Shown here one piece after another: positions 1-8,898 of a stretch of DNA of 64,000 bases. The DNA is taken from IMG/VR virus record IMGVR_UViG_3300037484_000435, positions 128,001-192,000 of that record. One strand, written 5' to 3'. The stretch is from a virus. Taxonomy: Duplodnaviria > Caudoviricetes. The notes beneath the pieces were generated by a model. That model did no database searches. It was given only the letters and a program-made list of their open reading frames with translations, and was not told the DNA's origin. The position numbers and the translations under genes were made by a program. How positions within the stretch are numbered: position 1 is the stretch's first letter; each line of letters begins with the position of its first letter.

Positions 1-2023
1 GTGTTTTATTACTACGTGGTCCTCCCCTCCGCTTACTGGGGTGTCCTGTATCATGAATTCCTTCTTCGTTAGTATTATTTTTCTTTGTCCCATTACTACT
101 TTTACCCTCTTTGAATATAAATTCTCCATCCTTTACTTTAATCTTAATTAGATCCGGTCTATTTTCTTTATCAACATCATCACTCATAATATATTTATTA
201 CGCAGTATCCACTCAGCTAAAGGTAATTCAAGGCTCTTTTGTACTGCTCTACCTATATTCCTAGCACCATATTCTTCGCTATAACCTTCATCCAAAAGAA
301 AGTCTTTTACAGAATCGTCCCACGCCATAGTCATATGTTGGGCCTTTTCTAAGTTAATTTTGGTTTTTGAAAGCATAACGTCAGTGATATCACGACACAC
401 TGCTTTATCCAAACGGTTAAATTGGATAATGCCTGTCAACCTATTCAGAAACTCTGGGCTAAACAATTCTTTAATAGTAGAACTGATGGCTTCGGCTTCC
501 AATTTAGATTTGTCGTCGCAAAGACCTTCCATCCGAATCCCTATAGGATTTCGGTTACAAATTTCAGCGGCTTCCTTTGTTCCCACATTGGAGGTCATCA
601 AAATAACCGACTCGTTAAAACGAATGGACTCACCTCTACCACTTGTCACTACACCATCATCCATGATCTGGAGCAATACGTTGAATATGGCTTTATCAGC
701 CTTCTCTAGCTCATCAAATAAAACAACACAAAACGGATTAGCTTTTACTTTGGCAGCTAGGGTCATGGGTGGTCCTGAATCCTGCCGAGAATCTTCAAAT
801 CCCACATATCCAGGAGGTGCACCAAAAAGTTTTGATATTTCATGTGCGTGTTGATACTCAGAGCAATCTACTCTAACAAGCTCAACCCCTAATTCATCAG
901 CGAGTACTTTGGCAAATTCAGTTTTGCCTACGCCAGTAGGGCCCGGTAGTAACCAACTACCCACAGGCTTTTCCTCTCCTCTAAGACCAACCCTAGCAAC
1001 TGCGATAGCATCTACTACTGCGTCAATAGCATGGTCCTGTCCTACAATTCTGGTACCTTTTATTCTATCCTTTAACTCTAATATAGTTTGTGCTGATAGT
1101 GTATTAAACCGCTTCTTTTCAGACTCTACTTCATCACGAGAAGACCTACCTAATGGCCTACCTCTGCCTGGCAATTTTTTACCTTTCAAGATTTTAGCCC
1201 CGTAGTCCCCTCGCCTATCTTCAAAAGGAGACCAGTCTATTAATCCCCAATCCAAACTGGGGTTCACATCTACAACAGCCAAATACAATTGTGTCATCAC
1301 AATCGTTTCTGTGTAAATATTTATATAATTACCCTCGGATAACGCCGTAAATAATTCCTGTATTTTGGGGACGGTGGCTGCGATAACATGTGCTTTCCAT
1401 TGTGCAATATTAGCTTTTGCCACCTCCACGTCATTGTCGCATCTACGTTCCACGTAATCCTGCACGACGCGATCTGGTGATACATTTACGGAATCAATTT
1501 GTAGAATCGGCACCTCTAAATTCAACGAGTTTATATGTTTCTTGATATAATCTCGTTCTGGGTACTTCCGTTTTATCTCGTCCCACGCTTGACTAACTAC
1601 TGACTGGGCGGGAGCAGGATTAAAAAGGGCATTAAATTCTACCGATGTTATCCACCCAGGATTAGCGGGTAACGCGATTGTGCCCGGCAAACCATTTCTG
1701 AGTGCGTCAGACTGATCCATTACTTTTTCTCCCACAATAACTAAATACTGCGGGCGTAGTCTATTGTTAAGTTTATAGACTGTATCTATTAGTTGCCCCC
1801 TAAAGATATCGTGATCCCGTTTATTTAATTTTGATTGAACAGCCTTCAATTGGGCGGAGTCTTTTACTAAGGAATGAATCAAAAATTTCTCATACTCTAC
1901 TTGGCTTATAATTCCTCCAGCAACAGATAACTTGGATAAAAATAGGGAGGTGTCATCGCTGGGAATGACACCAACCTCCAAACGTAAACTGTAATCATCG
2001 AAATCAATTGGTTTATACATCAT
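1..2023 (-). CDS. ClpA/ClpB-family AAA+ ATPase (single D2-type module with long unique N-terminal region); 3' end runs off the window
   Basis: Not in ORF track; translated by hand from ATG at 2023, open to window edge: IVGQDHAIDAVVDAI, Walker A LPGPTGVGKTE, VDCSEYQHAHEISKLFGAPPGYVG, Walker B VLFDELEKA, MTSNVG, FSPEFLNRL, YGARNI. Confidence 0.9.
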   Translation of the reverse strand, partial: MMYKPIDFDDYSLRLEVGVIPSDDTSLFLSKLSVAGGIISQVEYEKFLIHSLVKDSAQLKAVQSKLNKRDHDIFRGQLIDTVYKLNNRLRPQYLVIVGEKVMDQSDALRNGLPGTIALPANPGWITSVEFNALFNPAPAQSVVSQAWDEIKRKYPERDYIKKHINSLNLEVPILQIDSVNVSPDRVVQDYVERRCDNDVEVAKANIAQWKAHVIAATVPKIQELFTALSEGNYINIYTETIVMTQLYLAVVDVNPSLDWGLIDWSPFEDRRGDYGAKILKGKKLPGRGRPLGRSSRDEVESEKKRFNTLSAQTILELKDRIKGTRIVGQDHAIDAVVDAIAVARVGLRGEEKPVGSWLLPGPTGVGKTEFAKVLADELGVELVRVDCSEYQHAHEISKLFGAPPGYVGFEDSRQDSGPPMTLAAKVKANPFCVVLFDELEKADKAIFNVLLQIMDDGVVTSGRGESIRFNESVILMTSNVGTKEAAEICNRNPIGIRMEGLCDDKSKLEAEAISSTIKELFSPEFLNRLTGIIQFNRLDKAVCRDITDVMLSKTKINLEKAQHMTMAWDDSVKDFLLDEGYSEEYGARNIGRAVQKSLELPLAEWILRNKYIMSDDVDKENRPDLIKIKVKDGEFIFKEGKSSNGTKKNNTNEEGIHDTGHPSKRRGGPRSNKT

Positions 2024-2033
2024 AATACTCTGT

Positions 2034-3065
2034 TTATTGTACTCCTTGTACAGTATTCCTCATATACTCTAAAACCCGCACAGCTTGGGCAGAAGTAAGC
2101 TCCTCTACAGCCTGTAGCGTTTGTGCTTCCGCACCCAGTACCTGCCTAACTAATAGCATTGGATCGGCGTTCGGCCCAAATGCCATCGTCGCGGCTCCCC
2201 TAATTGCACTTATCTGGTGAGACACAATACCAGCACCGGCTGTACCCTGTTGCATCTGGCCCATAGGTGGTGCCATTGGTTGCTGTGCTGGGTACTGTCC
2301 AGAGGGTGGACCCTGCGGGATACTCTGTATTGGCATTTGTGTTGTCGCTGGCGTACCAGGACCATTTGTATATCCTACATTTGGATTAGTCATCTGCGGC
2401 ACAGGTCCCAATGGCTGCTGCTGTTGCTGCGGCGGTGGACCCTGTGGAGGCATCTGCATACCCATATTAGGATTTGGGTTAGGATTAGCCATCTGTGGGG
2501 GAGGCATCATAGTTGACTGTACTCCCTGCGGGGGCATATTATGTGGACCTGGATTAACCACATTAACATTCATCTGTGGTGGTGGGGGCCCAAACTGACT
2601 CGGCCCTTCCCAAGGTGGTGATTCTCCGTCGTCCAAACCGCTCACATTCTCGCTACTCACTCCCCAGAGATGCAAACCAACACCAAACAGTGATGCTGCT
2701 TTTGTAAGGGCTTTAGAAAAAGCACTTTTCATACTGTCTCCAGGGTCATTGCCTATCGCGTGTCCACCCCAACCATCTCTAATAGCAGTTTTTCCTGTAT
2801 CGGGATCCGGTACTTCGAGACGTACCCTTTTAACGACAAAGTTATTAATTACCATTGACTCAACTTCAGTAACACTCCAAGAACAACCGAAAACCTCATT
2901 AAGTCTATTGATTACTTCTGAAGAAGCAACGAAAGACCATTTCTGTCCAGCCCGTCCCTGACGAGTTTCTATCTTATCTGGTGGAAAAGGTTCATATAGT
3001 CCCTTTATTACCTGTTGCATTTTTGGTGTGAGCGTTGCTTCCGTACTTGTTTTTTTCGTAGCCAT
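2034..3065 (-). CDS. Rad52/Rad22 (Sak-like) ssDNA annealing protein with P/Q/G/M-rich low-complexity tail
   Basis: PFPPDKIETRQG..FVASSEVINRLNEVFG..SW..GDSMKSAFSKALTKAASLFGVGLHLW is the Rad52_Rad22 signature. Confidence 0.85.
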   Translation of the reverse strand: MATKKTSTEATLTPKMQQVIKGLYEPFPPDKIETRQGRAGQKWSFVASSEVINRLNEVFGCSWSVTEVESMVINNFVVKRVRLEVPDPDTGKTAIRDGWGGHAIGNDPGDSMKSAFSKALTKAASLFGVGLHLWGVSSENVSGLDDGESPPWEGPSQFGPPPPQMNVNVVNPGPHNMPPQGVQSTMMPPPQMANPNPNPNMGMQMPPQGPPPQQQQQPLGPVPQMTNPNVGYTNGPGTPATTQMPIQSIPQGPPSGQYPAQQPMAPPMGQMQQGTAGAGIVSHQISAIRGAATMAFGPNADPMLLVRQVLGAEAQTLQAVEELTSAQAVRVLEYMRNTVQGVQ

Positions 3066-3118
3066 GTATTACCTCTCCTTTTGTATACGAGCCTTTTATT
3101 GACCTGCTCAGGTCTTAC

Positions 3119-3178
3119 CTAACACCCGCCTTTGCAGTGGGTTACTGGTCTCAACATATAACGTTTTCTACTAACCAT
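3119..3178 (-). CDS. 19-aa micro-ORF / possible leader peptide (MVSRKRYMLRPVTHCKGGC)
   Basis: GGAGGA SD directly upstream of ATG 3178; TAG at 3119-3121. Confidence 0.35.
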   Translation of the reverse strand: MVSRKRYMLRPVTHCKGGC

Positions 3179-3193
3179 TTTGTAATCCTCCTA

Positions 3194-3604
3194 CTACAAT
3201 TTAAAGCCCTCTTCAGGACTTTTTATCAAAGCAAAGTAGTCATCAATCATTTTATCTACTTTTTTATTACCAAACATTTCTCGAAAGTAATCTTCACCAA
3301 CACGCCACGCAAACCCCTCGTGGGGGTCTTGTGCGTTGGTGGCAAAAAGTACATCCAAAACGCGTTCGCCTTGTTGAACTATGTGCTGGTCAAATACAAA
3401 TGCTGTGCACTCGTTCGCTACACTACATTTAAAGTCTGTGTCCTGCCTGTATTCTGGACAAGTGGGCTGACAGTAGCGACCAACAATTTTAGATACTTTA
3501 GCCACATTTATTTGGATAATTCTCCATTCCCAGTATGGGGCTACAACCACATTATCTGCTTTATAATCTAATGAATCTATGAATCTAGACATTTTCTCTC
3601 TCAA
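3194..3604 (-). CDS. hypothetical protein
   Basis: ORF in minus-strand operon; true start may be MSRFID. Confidence 0.6.
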   Translation of the reverse strand: MREKMSRFIDSLDYKADNVVVAPYWEWRIIQINVAKVSKIVGRYCQPTCPEYRQDTDFKCSVANECTAFVFDQHIVQQGERVLDVLFATNAQDPHEGFAWRVGEDYFREMFGNKKVDKMIDDYFALIKSPEEGFKL

Positions 3605-4229
3605 AAAATTTTATTTCTTCTAGGAGTGTTCTTATACTAGTATCAAATGTAACTAGTTGCGGTTCCTCTACATCATTATAAACGACATAGTCAGGACTAA
3701 AAAGGGCAAGTTCAACTTCGGACCTATGCTTTAGGTTGATAAACGAATCTCCTAGCCTACGCTGACGGATTTCTTCGGGAGCCTCTATACCTATGAGTGT
3801 AAACCCTAATCTCTTCATAAGATTATACTCACCGAGAAACCTGACATCATCAACCATAATCAACACATGTTCTTGTGTCAATTCAGGTAGCTTGTTAGTT
3901 ATTAAACCAATAACATTTTCCTCAAGAACATTCTGGAAGACGTCATCACCAAATTCGCGTCTGGCTAGGTCTCCCAACCGTTGCAAGAAGGTTCGTTCTG
4001 CGGATCCGCCTTTATTTCTATGAAAAGCTATCATGCTGGTATACAAGGGCTGGGCAAACTTCAAGATGTACCCAATTGATGCTTCTCCCCCGTATAGGTC
4101 AGTCATACAACCTAAGGCCAGCATCGCAGCAGCGGTTTTACCTGACCCCATCTTGCCACAAAAAGCAAGTTTATGAACTTTTTTACCATTTATTATTTCC
4201 ATACATCCTCCTTTTACCACCTTCCGCAT
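3585..4229 (-). CDS. deoxynucleoside monophosphate kinase
   Basis: P-loop FCGKMGSGKT, ILKFAQPL, RTFLQRLGDLARREFG, VDDVRFLGE (phage dNMP kinase pattern). Confidence 0.8.
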   Translation of the reverse strand: MRKVVKGGCMEIINGKKVHKLAFCGKMGSGKTAAAMLALGCMTDLYGGEASIGYILKFAQPLYTSMIAFHRNKGGSAERTFLQRLGDLARREFGDDVFQNVLEENVIGLITNKLPELTQEHVLIMVDDVRFLGEYNLMKRLGFTLIGIEAPEEIRQRRLGDSFINLKHRSEVELALFSPDYVVYNDVEEPQLVTFDTSIRTLLEEIKFFERENV

Positions 4230-5095
4230 TTAGGACATTTTACCATCGCCGTGTCCTCCGTAACTCCTGCTTTATACCTGAATGAAAAACTGTCCCGCTC
4301 GAATTCATACCCACATTTATCACAAACAAAACCTCCACTAGTGAGGAAGTTGGTTGCCCGAGTAATTATGTCATACATCTCCCCACAGTCTGCTCTCATT
4401 TTTTCCTGATAGGCACGAAGTGCTAACCACTGATCGATATACTTTTTTAGATTATCCCAATGATCGAACATATACATTCTTTTACCCTTATCTCTCATCT
4501 CTAAATAAGGGAGTTTAGTCCAAGGCCACTTAAGTGTTACAACGTGAATACGAGCATCTATATATTTTTCCCAATAAAGATAATTGTCCTCCACAAACAT
4601 CTCAACTTTATACTCTTTCAGTAAATCCAATTTGTCATTTCTAAATTCGTCTTCGTAAATATCACCTGTACAAAGAACCTCAAATTTAACCTTTGGCCCC
4701 AACGCCTGCTTGATAGAATTGATAGCGGCCTGTTTAAACTGGGCTCGGCGTGATGTAATAAATAATAGCGGCTTCTTGTAGCTCTCATAGAGACCACACA
4801 GAGCTTCTACAGCACCATTTACTGGAGGTAGGGCATGATTATACAGAACAGGCTCATATACCACCCTCAATTTACTAGTAGGGACTCCTACAATTTTACC
4901 TATATCGTAATGAATCCATTTGTCCAACGACCAAGGTAATTCTAAATGAGATGTAATAGCATTCCACATCTCGGTAGCAGTATCGAGAACAATCCCGTCT
5001 ATATCAAAAGCAACTGGTAAATGCTCCCCAGGCTCAAAAATCTTTTCAATGGGCACATCAGTAATCTTTGTGAGTTCAATATTAAAAGTATTCAT
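4214..5095 (-). CDS. HAD-family 5'(3')-deoxyribonucleotidase-like protein with C-terminal Zn ribbon
   Basis: AFDIDGIVLD (DxD), FITSR, K..FVEDN; C-terminal CDKC..CPKC. Confidence 0.75.
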   Translation of the reverse strand: MNTFNIELTKITDVPIEKIFEPGEHLPVAFDIDGIVLDTATEMWNAITSHLELPWSLDKWIHYDIGKIVGVPTSKLRVVYEPVLYNHALPPVNGAVEALCGLYESYKKPLLFITSRRAQFKQAAINSIKQALGPKVKFEVLCTGDIYEDEFRNDKLDLLKEYKVEMFVEDNYLYWEKYIDARIHVVTLKWPWTKLPYLEMRDKGKRMYMFDHWDNLKKYIDQWLALRAYQEKMRADCGEMYDIITRATNFLTSGGFVCDKCGYEFERDSFSFRYKAGVTEDTAMVKCPKCGRW

Positions 5096-6134
5096 TTAAT
5101 CCCTCTGGGGTTCCTATTAGTAGTTTGTCTCCAGTATCAATAATCACCAGATTCGACACGCCATACAAAGCAATAGTTTTACCTGGAGGTTTAAAAATAA
5201 GATTGCTGGTGGACTCAATAGAATGCACACCTGCTTGGCCTTCCGGTTGAAATAATCCAGAATCGTAGAGAAGATGCTTTATGGAAACCCAGTTATCTAA
5301 TGTAGACCAAGCAATTTTTGGGATAAGGGCACCGCGTAACTTTCTATCTGTCAAAATAGAAGGCACTACAAAAGAGAACGGAGTTACTTCTAATTTATTC
5401 CAACCCATAATTTGGGACCCTTTTACTTGTAAAGCCTCTCTCAGATAGTGATCGAACGATCGTAAAGATGCTCCGTAAGTTCCTAAATCCCACATCCAAT
5501 TGTTGGCTACCAATTCTTTGGCAGAATCTAAATCAGGCGTAATCTGATACCCTTCCATCGCAACATTTAATGTACTAATTGTCCCCAAGACAGTGTCCTC
5601 GTAAGGGATTCCCATTGTAGTAACTTGTTGCCAATCACCAAAAAAGTAATTCATTCCGGGGGACGGGCCACCTGGGTTCAAACAAACTGCCACCCATTCA
5701 TCTGGGTGCGTCCTTAACCGCGTTGCAATATTTAAAAAATGAAACATTGCTAATTCAGTTGGCCATAAAAATTGGTCAGATGGTGAAACAATTATTGGTT
5801 CGTCGGAAGGAACTTCTTTTATATCTATTAAATACCTAACAGCTTCCCAAATGGCCCATGCTGAACCTTTTTGTGCTGGTAAGGTTAATACATTTGATAC
5901 AGGAATCCCGTAGAGATTTAATGTGTTTTGTTTAATGAGAGAGTCTATAGATTTGCCCGTAGTCACTATAATAAACCGGTCTCCCTGTCCCTCTACTACC
6001 GCAGATAATCTAGCTAAAGTTTCTTCCAATAGTGATAACTCACTGTATACTGGTAAAAATGCTTTAGGTAGTTCCTCGGAGGTTACGGGCCAAAGTTTCG
6101 GTCCAATTTCATCTGCCAATATAATTACATGCAT
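5082..6134 (-). CDS. mannose-1-phosphate guanylyltransferase (ManC)-like protein with degenerate nucleotide-binding loop
   Basis: ILADEIGPKLWPVT..LPKAFL..SLLEETLARL, PSDQ, WSTLDNW, beta-helix tail IALYGVSNLVIIDTGDKLLI; canonical GGxGTRLWP not conserved. Confidence 0.75.
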   Translation of the reverse strand: MHVIILADEIGPKLWPVTSEELPKAFLPVYSELSLLEETLARLSAVVEGQGDRFIIVTTGKSIDSLIKQNTLNLYGIPVSNVLTLPAQKGSAWAIWEAVRYLIDIKEVPSDEPIIVSPSDQFLWPTELAMFHFLNIATRLRTHPDEWVAVCLNPGGPSPGMNYFFGDWQQVTTMGIPYEDTVLGTISTLNVAMEGYQITPDLDSAKELVANNWMWDLGTYGASLRSFDHYLREALQVKGSQIMGWNKLEVTPFSFVVPSILTDRKLRGALIPKIAWSTLDNWVSIKHLLYDSGLFQPEGQAGVHSIESTSNLIFKPPGKTIALYGVSNLVIIDTGDKLLIGTPEGLNEYF

Positions 6135-6168
6135 CCTAATTTTATCCTTATGTTGTTATAATGATAGG

Positions 6169-6828
6169 TCATGTTTGGTGTCTATGATGACCTGAGAGTC
6201 CGTGCTCTTTAATGGCATCGAGATGTTGTTTAGTTGCAAATCCTTTATTTGAGTTCCACCCATATAGGGGAAGCTCCTCATGCAACATATCCATCAGAGC
6301 ATTCCTAGCCGTCTTAGCCACAACAGAAGCCGCAATGCAAGGTTCGAAGAACTCACTAGCACCATCGGCCCGAATTATGGGTATGCCAGAACCGTATAAG
6401 TTTGATGGCAATGTTTCCTGTGTATAACCAAACCCATCAATTATTATGGAAGTGGCTGGGTAATAAATAGAAAAACTAGAAAGGCAAACAGACAGTGCCT
6501 GTAAAATAACCATATCGTGAGTTCTTAAATAATCATCAAATACACCCCAACCTATGGTGAGAAAAGACGACCTCAGTTTTATGTCATCAGAAATCTTGCG
6601 ACATTCTTCTTCACTTAAATCCTTTGCGGGCTGTGTGTACTGAACTTTGGAGTGTGGCTCCACTATGACCGCTGACGCGCAGATGGGCCCAGCAATAGCT
6701 TTACGACCATTAATAGACACACCCACTAATGTTCTGAACCCGACCGTATCATATATCTCGGTCATAGTTAAAAGTTTTTTCTCCCTAAGTTTGTCTAGGA
6801 ACCACGCCATTTCAATAAACCCACTCAT
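6169..6828 (-). CDS. RNase HII-like protein, catalytically degenerate paralog
   Basis: VGVSINGRKAIAGPICASAV (vs GVDEAGRGPLAGPVVAAAV), IIIDG, IAASVVAKTARNALM, YGWNSNKGFATKQH. Confidence 0.8.
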   Translation of the reverse strand: MSGFIEMAWFLDKLREKKLLTMTEIYDTVGFRTLVGVSINGRKAIAGPICASAVIVEPHSKVQYTQPAKDLSEEECRKISDDIKLRSSFLTIGWGVFDDYLRTHDMVILQALSVCLSSFSIYYPATSIIIDGFGYTQETLPSNLYGSGIPIIRADGASEFFEPCIAASVVAKTARNALMDMLHEELPLYGWNSNKGFATKQHLDAIKEHGLSGHHRHQT

Positions 6829-8038
6829 CGCAAAGAAAGGTTTGAAAACTTTCTATAAGCTTTAACTTCTTGCAACTGGGCTCAATTTTTAATGTTTTAC
6901 CGACTATTGAACCTAATTTAAAGCGTCCCGTAATACGCCTACCTAGGATGAAATATATTTTCCCCAAAAACTTTACCTTATCGTAACGTTGGAATCCCTT
7001 AATAAATCTAGACGCTGTATTACGAATGTGGCTTCGAGCACCTTTAAATAATTTTCTATTTTGTTTGCGAACTTGTTTTACTAGGTGTTGAGTCCCACTA
7101 CGAATTTGGTTTATACCACCTACTATAGCAAAAGCATCATTTTGATGTGACTTTACTAAACCTAATTGTTCTCTAGTATTTTTAGTAATATAACCAAAGG
7201 TTTCTTCCACATCACCACACAATTCCTGCAACTTCAAAATTAGACGTTTCTTAACAATTGACATAAAAGTCTCCGCTTTAAATCCTTTGGTAACCTTAAC
7301 TTTAAGTTGAATAGAGCCCGCATGTAGCTTATCATGACAACTCTTACATAACGTGATTAGGTTATCGGGCCTATCAGAACCACCTTGACTGCGTTGTAAG
7401 ATATGATGAACATTAAGCCGCGGTTCTTTAGAACAACCTTTACAATGCTGGCAAATGTGCCCGTCTCGATGGAGCACATAAGCTCTAACATTATCAAACC
7501 CCAACTGATCACCTTTTTGATATTGGTTACCTCTAATGCTAGGGTTCTTAATACGCTGAATGTCAAAGTTAGCTGTCTCAATTACAATCTTTGTAACAGA
7601 TAAAATTGATATTACTTTTTGGATAATCCTAATATGAGAATCCAATTTATGTTGTATTGATGGGGCAAGAGGATTTCGTTTAAACTTCTCTATCCTATTA
7701 AGGAACCTGCATTTACGGTGCCTAGTCTTCCTAGAACGCCGAGTTTTTCGATACATACGACGTTCTGTTAACAATTTAGAAACGTCTTTTCTAAGCAAAA
7801 CTTCTGCTGAAAATAACTCCTGTTTCTCAGTAACCGCTGACAATCCAATATGCTCATAACCTGAGTCTACTCCTAACGTTATATGTTGCCTATAGCCTGA
7901 ACTCCCGTAAAGTAATTGTATTGTGAATGGTGTACGCTTAACAACCTTAGCCTTACCCCTCTTAAGTAAAATTCTGGCTTTAGGTGGTGTAGTAGGCATT
8001 AAAGGTTTTCCCTGTTGATTATGAACATAAACAAACAT
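6812..8038 (-). CDS. iscB: RNA-guided endonuclease IscB (OMEGA system)
   Basis: N-terminal PLMP domain, RuvC-I GVDSG, Arg-rich bridge helix RRMYRKTRR, RuvC-II IETANFD, HNH HHILQRSQGGSDRPDNLITLCKSCH, RuvC-III SHQNDA. Confidence 0.95.
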   Translation of the reverse strand: MFVYVHNQQGKPLMPTTPPKARILLKRGKAKVVKRTPFTIQLLYGSSGYRQHITLGVDSGYEHIGLSAVTEKQELFSAEVLLRKDVSKLLTERRMYRKTRRSRKTRHRKCRFLNRIEKFKRNPLAPSIQHKLDSHIRIIQKVISILSVTKIVIETANFDIQRIKNPSIRGNQYQKGDQLGFDNVRAYVLHRDGHICQHCKGCSKEPRLNVHHILQRSQGGSDRPDNLITLCKSCHDKLHAGSIQLKVKVTKGFKAETFMSIVKKRLILKLQELCGDVEETFGYITKNTREQLGLVKSHQNDAFAIVGGINQIRSGTQHLVKQVRKQNRKLFKGARSHIRNTASRFIKGFQRYDKVKFLGKIYFILGRRITGRFKLGSIVGKTLKIEPSCKKLKLIESFQTFLCDEWVY

Positions 8039-8049
8039 TATTGTAATTA

Positions 8050-8267
8050 CTCCTCGTTACTAATGTAACTTGGGTTAGGGCCTCATCGCTAATGTTATCA
8101 TAGTTTGTTATGTTATGTACACTACCCCTGACCCTCAGGATTGTTTAATATATAACCACAGAGCAGGGAACTTGAGGAGCATTCCAAGGTGTGATGGCCA
8201 TAATAACGTAGCCCTGTATTTCAGGACTAAAGCTAATCAATTTTTTTTTATTACGTGGTCAATTGAT
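8050..8267 (-). ncRNA. omegaRNA scaffold of IscB (guide is the adjacent 5' sequence, approx 8268-8285)
   Basis: Immediately upstream of iscB; 5' stem AATCAATT/AATTGATT, then TTGATTAGC..GGCTACGTT..CACCTTGGAATGC..AGTTCC..CTCTG..AAACA..ATAACATTAGCGA, the usual omegaRNA landmarks; exact ends approximate. Confidence 0.85.
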
Positions 8268-8898
8268 TAAATATTTCCTTCGCCCTGCATAAGTGTGTAT
8301 ATGACAACCAATTCTCTTTTTCTTTATTTGCTCTCATCAAATATGATGGATGATACGTAGTTACTAGACTAGCTCGCCGTCTTATCCCATCAGAACAAGC
8401 ATACTCGAAAAAAGGTAACCGTTCACCCAAAATAGACCCCAACGAATCTGATTTTTTTAATAAACCCAACGAATAAGCAGCAACCTTACCGAATACCAGA
8501 ATCAATTTAGGCTGTATGATTTCGAGTTGGCGGAATAAGAAAGGCTGACACGCATGGACCTCATCGTATGCAGGTGTTATAGCGTTTGATTTCCCCTCGT
8601 GCATAGGTCTTGATTTGATTGCGTTCGTAATGTATAGTTGCTCTCTCACAAATCCAGCACCACTAATCATCCCTTCCCAATATTTGCCCGCCTTTCCAAC
8701 ATATGGGCGTGGCACAGGTTTGGCATAAAACTCCTCTTCTCCCGCCGCCTCCGAGATTGACATCACTAAAGCATCAGCAGGACCCTCACCAAATACTCGA
8801 CAAGGGCCCTGCTGGGATATATAACATCTCTTACAAGACTCAACTTCCTTTTTTAGTCTTTCGAGACCTCTTTGTGCCTCCATCAGCTCGTTTGTCAT
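8251..8898 (-). CDS. udg: uracil-DNA glycosylase, family 4
   Basis: CKRC, VFGEGPADA, SEAAGEEE (GEAPG variant), YITNAIKSRP, IIQPKLILVFG, TYHPSYLMR. Confidence 0.9.
   Translation of the reverse strand: MTNELMEAQRGLERLKKEVESCKRCYISQQGPCRVFGEGPADALVMSISEAAGEEEFYAKPVPRPYVGKAGKYWEGMISGAGFVREQLYITNAIKSRPMHEGKSNAITPAYDEVHACQPFLFRQLEIIQPKLILVFGKVAAYSLGLLKKSDSLGSILGERLPFFEYACSDGIRRRASLVTTYHPSYLMRANKEKENWLSYTHLCRAKEIFNQLTT

Noticed and set aside
3119-3170. c-di-GMP- or SAM-type riboswitch (GCAAA-containing hairpin)
   Set aside because: Only a GCAA(A) loop matches; other conserved elements are absent and the segment is an ORF with a good SD.
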